In this document: positions 56,570 through 64,000 of the stretch, one piece after another
Layout of the letters: the number at the start of each line of letters is the position of its first letter
How positions within the stretch are numbered: position 1 is the first letter of the stretch
Assembly: GCA_963756155.1 (NCBI GenBank)
Contig: CAVWMQ010000010.1
Location: forward strand, 95,672-159,671
Direction of reading: 5' to 3'
Origin: an uncultured delta proteobacterium
GTDB lineage: Bacteria > Desulfobacterota > Binatia > Binatales > Binataceae
DNA length: 64,000 nucleotides
Position numbers and translations under genes: made by a program
Notes under the pieces: generated by a model
The model's input: only the letters and a program-made list of their open reading frames with translations
What the model was told of the DNA's origin: nothing
The model's database searches: none

Positions 56570-57094
56570 CTATCGGCGTTTCGCTTCGGCAGCCGCGGAG
56601 CCGGCCAGCTTCGCGTGCGCCTTCTCCAGAAGCTCGCGCTCGTTTTTGTAGCTCGCACGGCGGATCGCTTTGTCGATCGGCAGCCAGAGGACTTCGGCGG
56701 TCTCGGCATCATGCGCCGACGCGTCGCCACCGGTATGCGCCATCAGGAAGTAATGTACCCGCTTGAAGATTCGCACCAGCGGCCCGCCGTCGGGCTCGCG
56801 CCAGGAGAAAACGTAAGAGACGACGCCGAGCGGCTCGACGCCCCCGACTTCGAGGCCGGTCTCCTCGCGAGCCTCGCGCATCGCGGCGTCGATCGCCTGT
56901 TCGTCTTTCTCGAGATGCCCCTTCGGCAGCGTCCAGCGGTCGTCGGAGCCGGCGGGCCTGATGAGCACAACTTCAAGTGTTCCTTTAGGATCGCGCCGCC
57001 AGATGACTCCGCCGGCCGAGACTTCGCGGCGCCGCTCGATGTCAGCGGACGAGCCCTTCTGATTTTTTGGCGAAGGGCCTTTAGGCGACGTCAC
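56570..57094 (-). CDS. NUDIX hydrolase
   Basis: The Nudix box GHLEKDEQAIDAAMREAREETGLE is present. The start is taken at the GTG/TTG at 57094/57097, overlapping the recG stop codon. The longer track ORF runs into recG. Confidence 0.85.
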   Translation of the reverse strand: MTSPKGPSPKNQKGSSADIERRREVSAGGVIWRRDPKGTLEVVLIRPAGSDDRWTLPKGHLEKDEQAIDAAMREAREETGLEVGGVEPLGVVSYVFSWREPDGGPLVRIFKRVHYFLMAHTGGDASAHDAETAEVLWLPIDKAIRRASYKNERELLEKAHAKLAGSAAAEAKRR

Positions 57095-59267
57095 CAAGAC
57101 TGAACCCCAGCGAAAGCATCCGTTTGAGCGCGACGCGCGCGCCCGCCGAGGCGGGACTGTCGAGCGCGGGGTCGCGTGCGAGCCATCGCTCGGCCAGCGC
57201 GCGCGCCCGCTCAATTGTTTGATGGTCGCGCACGAAGTGCACGAACTTTAGCGGCAGCGCGCCGGCTTGGCGAGCACCCAGTAAGTCGCCAGGTCCGCGC
57301 ATCCTGAGATCCGCCTCGGCGACCGCCGCGCCGCTCGTGCTCGCAGTCATGATCTGCAGGCGCTCGAGCGCCGGCGCGTCGGCGCCACGCGACGCGACCA
57401 GGCAGCATCGCGACGCCCACTCGCCGCGCCCTACCCGGCCGCGCAGTTGATGCAGTTGCGCGAGTCCGTAGCGCTCCGCCGCGATTACCACCATGACGGT
57501 CGCCTCGGGCACGTCGATTCCGACTTCTACAACGGTGGTCGATACCAGCGCGTCGAGCGCACCATCGCGAAACTCCCGCATGACCCGGTCCTTCTCCGCC
57601 GAGCGCATGCGGCCGTGCAGCAAGCCGACCTTGAAGCCCTTGAGAGCGCCGCCGCCAAGCCGCTCCGCCATCGCGATCACCGAGCGCAGATCCTCCTCGT
57701 CCTCCGTCTGGTCGCCGTCGATCAGCGGCAGGATGTAATAGGCGCGGCGACCGGCGCTCAGTTCCTCGCGCACTATTTCGTGAACGCGCTCGAGGGCGTC
57801 TTCGGCGAAAATTTCGGTCGCGATCGGTGTTCTGCCCGGCGGCATCTCGTCGAGAAACGAAACATCGAGGTTCGCAAACAGGCTCATCGCGAGGCTCCGC
57901 GGAATCGGCGTTGCCGTCATCATCAGCACATTCGCTTGCGGCCCAAGCGCTTTGAGCCGCGCGCGGTCGAAGACGCCGAAACGATGCTGCTCGTCGATGA
58001 TCCCGAGACCGAGGCTGCGAACTCGCACCGTTTCCTGGATCAGCGCCTGCGTGCCGAAGGCCATCGCGATCGCGCCCGAGGCAAGTCCGCGCAGTAGTTG
58101 CGTGCGCGCCGACCCGGTCACCTTGCCGGTGAGCAGCGCGCTCGAAATCCCGAGGCGTCCGCACAGGCGCGTGAAACTGCGCTGATGCTGTTCGGCGAGG
58201 AGCTCGGTCGGCGCCATCATCACGGCCTGATGCCCGCATTCGATGGCGCGGAGCGCAGCCCAGAACGCGACGATGGTTTTTCCACTGCCAACGTCGCCCA
58301 TCAGCATGCGGTTCATCTGCGAGCTCGTCGCGAGGTCGGCGCTTATCTCGTCGATCGCGTGATGTTGTGCGGCGGTGAGCTTGAACGGTGCTTCCGCGAG
58401 CAAACGCTCAGTGAGCTTGCCGGCGCCGTCCAGCGCGATTCCGGCGCGACGAGCCGCGCGCTTGCGCTCGATCGCCAGCGCCAGTTCAAACGCGAACAAT
58501 TCATCGAACGCCAACGCTCGGTGCGCCGGCGTTGCGCCCAACCTGAGCGCGTCGAGATCAGCGTCGGCCGGGGGGTTGTGCAAAAAGGACAGCGCCTGGT
58601 GAATCGGCAACATTTCCGCGCCAGGATCACTTTCGCGCAGGCTGTCGGGTAGAGCGCCGTGAATCGCATCGCCGAGTTGGTCGAGAGTTTGCGTGATCAG
58701 GCTCGCAAACAGGCGCTGGCCGACGATGGCGGGCAGCCGATAGACGGGGCGTATCGGCTGCGGTTCGGCGGCTGCGAGCACCTGGATTTCGGGATGCACG
58801 ATCTCCAGTCCACCGCCCGGCGTCATCGACACGCGGCCGCATGCGAGCACCCGATCGCCGCCGGGGAGGTGGCCCCGCATATACGACGGCAAGTTAAACC
58901 ATACGAGGCGGATTGCATCGCGACCCGGCCGCCCGCGCGTGCCTGGCCCAGCAGATTGTGCGGGAAATGGTGCCGTGAGCCAGCCGGTCGCGAGCCGGCG
59001 CCACCGCGCGCCCGGCATCGGCCGTTCGGTGATCGCCGACATGTTGCCTTCCACGACGGCGATCATCCCGGGCTTGAGAGCCAGCATCGGGGTGCGGATG
59101 CGCCAGTCCTGGTAGCGCGCTGGAAGATGAAAAACGAGATCCGCGGCGGTTGCGATTCCGCGCTCGGCCAGCGCCTCGGCGCGCTTGGGTCCGATTCCCG
59201 CCATCGCGGCGACGGGAGTATCGGCGTGCAGGGATGCGAGCGTTGGAGGTGAGACGACCCTGGCCAT
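57081..59267 (-). CDS. recG: ATP-dependent DNA helicase RecG
   Basis: 728 aa. It has an N-terminal wedge/OB region, Walker A (GDVGSGKT), the DEQH box (IIDEQHRFG), and C-terminal helicase motifs (QLRGRVGRG). Confidence 0.93.
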   Translation of the reverse strand: MARVVSPPTLASLHADTPVAAMAGIGPKRAEALAERGIATAADLVFHLPARYQDWRIRTPMLALKPGMIAVVEGNMSAITERPMPGARWRRLATGWLTAPFPAQSAGPGTRGRPGRDAIRLVWFNLPSYMRGHLPGGDRVLACGRVSMTPGGGLEIVHPEIQVLAAAEPQPIRPVYRLPAIVGQRLFASLITQTLDQLGDAIHGALPDSLRESDPGAEMLPIHQALSFLHNPPADADLDALRLGATPAHRALAFDELFAFELALAIERKRAARRAGIALDGAGKLTERLLAEAPFKLTAAQHHAIDEISADLATSSQMNRMLMGDVGSGKTIVAFWAALRAIECGHQAVMMAPTELLAEQHQRSFTRLCGRLGISSALLTGKVTGSARTQLLRGLASGAIAMAFGTQALIQETVRVRSLGLGIIDEQHRFGVFDRARLKALGPQANVLMMTATPIPRSLAMSLFANLDVSFLDEMPPGRTPIATEIFAEDALERVHEIVREELSAGRRAYYILPLIDGDQTEDEEDLRSVIAMAERLGGGALKGFKVGLLHGRMRSAEKDRVMREFRDGALDALVSTTVVEVGIDVPEATVMVVIAAERYGLAQLHQLRGRVGRGEWASRCCLVASRGADAPALERLQIMTASTSGAAVAEADLRMRGPGDLLGARQAGALPLKFVHFVRDHQTIERARALAERWLARDPALDSPASAGARVALKRMLSLGFSLGDVA

Positions 59268-59325
59268 CGGCGAGCTGTTCTGCGATTCGCGCCAAGGCGG
59301 CGCGCGGTTTTCTCCGGCGCGGCGG

Positions 59326-62542
<3,217 letters not shown>

Positions 62543-62543
62543 G

Positions 62544-63731
62544 TCAGCGTTCCTCTTCGGCAGCGATCCGATCGAGCGAATCGGCGCCGTGGCGCGGAAA
62601 AGCCTCGACCAGCCGCTTGAAACGCGCGAACAGGTAGCTTGCGTCGTGCGGTCCGGGCGAGGCCTCGGGATGATATTGAACGGAGAAAAATGGCACCCCG
62701 GCGCCGCGCAGACCCTCGACGGTCTTGTCGTTCAAGTTCAAATGCGACAGCTCCGCGCGTCCTTGGAGCGAATCCGAGTTGACCGCGAAGCCATGATTCT
62801 GGGAGGTGATTTCGACCCGCCGCGTGCGCAAATCCATCACCGGATGGTTCGCACCGTGATGGCCGAAATCGAGCTTGTAGGTAGTCCCACCTAGCGCCAA
62901 GCCCAGAATCTGATGGCCGAGGCAGATACCGAAAATGGGTTTCTCGCCCAGCACTCCGGCGACGGCCGCGGTCGCATAAGGGAGTGCGGCGGGATCGCCG
63001 GGGCCGTTGGAGAGAAAAACTCCATCGGGATTGAGCGCGAGAATTTCTTCGGCGCTGGCAGTCGCGGGCAGGACGCGGACGCGGAAGCCGGTCGCGACCA
63101 GGCGGCGCAAAATGTTGAGCTTGATTCCGTAGTCGATCGCGACGACCAGCGGCGCATCGCGGCGTTGAGCCGCGGCGGCGCGCCGATAGCCGTGTCCCAG
63201 TTCCCAATCGCCAAGGTCCCAATCATACGGCGCCGGGCAAGTCACTTCGCGCACCAGGTCGCGGCCGATGAGGCCGGGGGACGCCTTGGCTTTTGCGCGC
63301 AGCGAGTCGGGGTCGAGATCGGCGCTGGAAATGATCGCCTCCTGCGCGCCGTGGGTGCGGATGTGGCGGACCAGTGCGCGGGTGTCGATTCCCTCGATTC
63401 CGACCACGCCGGCCTCGGCAAGGTATTCGCCAAGCGCCATCTCGGAGCGCCAGTTGGAAGGCCGCGCCCAGTACTCGCGAACGATAAACCCTTCGACGTA
63501 GACCCGGCGTGACTCGGCGTCCTCGCGATTGATTCCGACGTTGCCGATTTCCGGGTAGGTCATGCACACGAGCTGGCCTTTGTACGAAGGGTCGGTAAGG
63601 ACTTCCTGGTAGCCGGTCATCGCGGTGTTGAACACGACCTCGCCGACCGCCTCGCCGACGGCGCCGAACGAGCGGCCGCGAAAGATTCGCCCGTCGGCCA
63701 GTGCCAATATTGCTTCGCGCGCGCCGCTCAC
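62544..63731 (-). CDS. carA: carbamoyl-phosphate synthase small (glutamine amidotransferase) subunit
   Basis: 395 aa. The N-terminus is typical of CarA ([17 protein letters not shown]), and the GATase active site is present (FGICLGHQ and HxE region). Confidence 0.95.
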   Translation of the reverse strand: MSGAREAILALADGRIFRGRSFGAVGEAVGEVVFNTAMTGYQEVLTDPSYKGQLVCMTYPEIGNVGINREDAESRRVYVEGFIVREYWARPSNWRSEMALGEYLAEAGVVGIEGIDTRALVRHIRTHGAQEAIISSADLDPDSLRAKAKASPGLIGRDLVREVTCPAPYDWDLGDWELGHGYRRAAAAQRRDAPLVVAIDYGIKLNILRRLVATGFRVRVLPATASAEEILALNPDGVFLSNGPGDPAALPYATAAVAGVLGEKPIFGICLGHQILGLALGGTTYKLDFGHHGANHPVMDLRTRRVEITSQNHGFAVNSDSLQGRAELSHLNLNDKTVEGLRGAGVPFFSVQYHPEASPGPHDASYLFARFKRLVEAFPRHGADSLDRIAAEEER

Positions 63732-64000
63732 GACCGTCCCGCTTCCTTCACGCCGCTCGATTTCTTCAGCTCAGCCTTGCGACCGTCGTAAACGATCTCG
63801 CCCGCAACAATTGTCATGACCGCCCTACCCTTCAAGCGCCGCCCCGCGAACGGAGTGTTGCGGCTCCTGGAATGAAACCGCTCCGGCTCCACCGTCCAGA
63901 TCAAATCCGGATCGACCAAGGTTATGTCGGCGAGCGCTCCTGTGGCCAACGTGCCGGCACCCGCTTCCATGCGCAGCAGCGCCGCAGGATTGAGGGACAT
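63728..64000 (-). CDS. pyrC: dihydroorotase, C-terminal fragment (gene continues beyond the window)
   Basis: The ORF is open at the window end. The tail sequence ([12 protein letters not shown]....[28 protein letters not shown]) is typical of class I dihydroorotases. It overlaps the carA start by 4 nt. Confidence 0.85.
   Translation of the reverse strand: MSLNPAALLRMEAGAGTLATGALADITLVDPDLIWTVEPERFHSRSRNTPFAGRRLKGRAVMTIVAGEIVYDGRKAELKKSSGVKEAGRS

Overview
High-GC (about two-thirds G+C by eye) bacterial chromosomal segment with about 55 genes. Taxonomy cannot be fixed from this window. LpxC, RlpA/SPOR, a SurA-like PPIase and an NtrY-type kinase indicate a Gram-negative envelope, and the gene content fits a deltaproteobacterium-like or uncultured lineage. 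Most of the window is core housekeeping: uvrC, hisS, aspS, ald, gcvH, tRNA-Leu(CAG), valS, nadC, birA, an EF-G paralog, recG, carB, carA and pyrC. Envelope genes are interspersed (GT4, GT2, methyltransferase, ComEC, RlpA), as are signalling genes. The items most worth follow-up are: (1) an NtrY-like kinase followed by a receiver domain fused in frame to an apparently catalytically intact LpxC; (2) a 1041-aa zinc-ribbon / Ser-Thr kinase / class III cyclase / TM / periplasmic-domain protein, followed on the same strand by MoxR ATPase, CoxE-like VWA, DUF151 nuclease and TPR genes; (3) a lower-GC islet next to tRNA-Leu that carries a zinc-ribbon-cyclase-STAND-TPR gene plus an alpha/beta hydrolase and is bracketed by two about-210-bp direct repeats with conserved hairpins; (4) an EF-G paralog with degenerate GTPase motifs; (5) a MITE-like nested inverted repeat upstream of the tRNA; (6) seven reading-frame breaks in five genes, including valS and carB, all of them +1 shifts. 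Point 6 most likely reflects insertion-type consensus errors and limits how far any pseudogene call can be trusted. No CRISPR array, rRNA, integrase or transposase gene was found.
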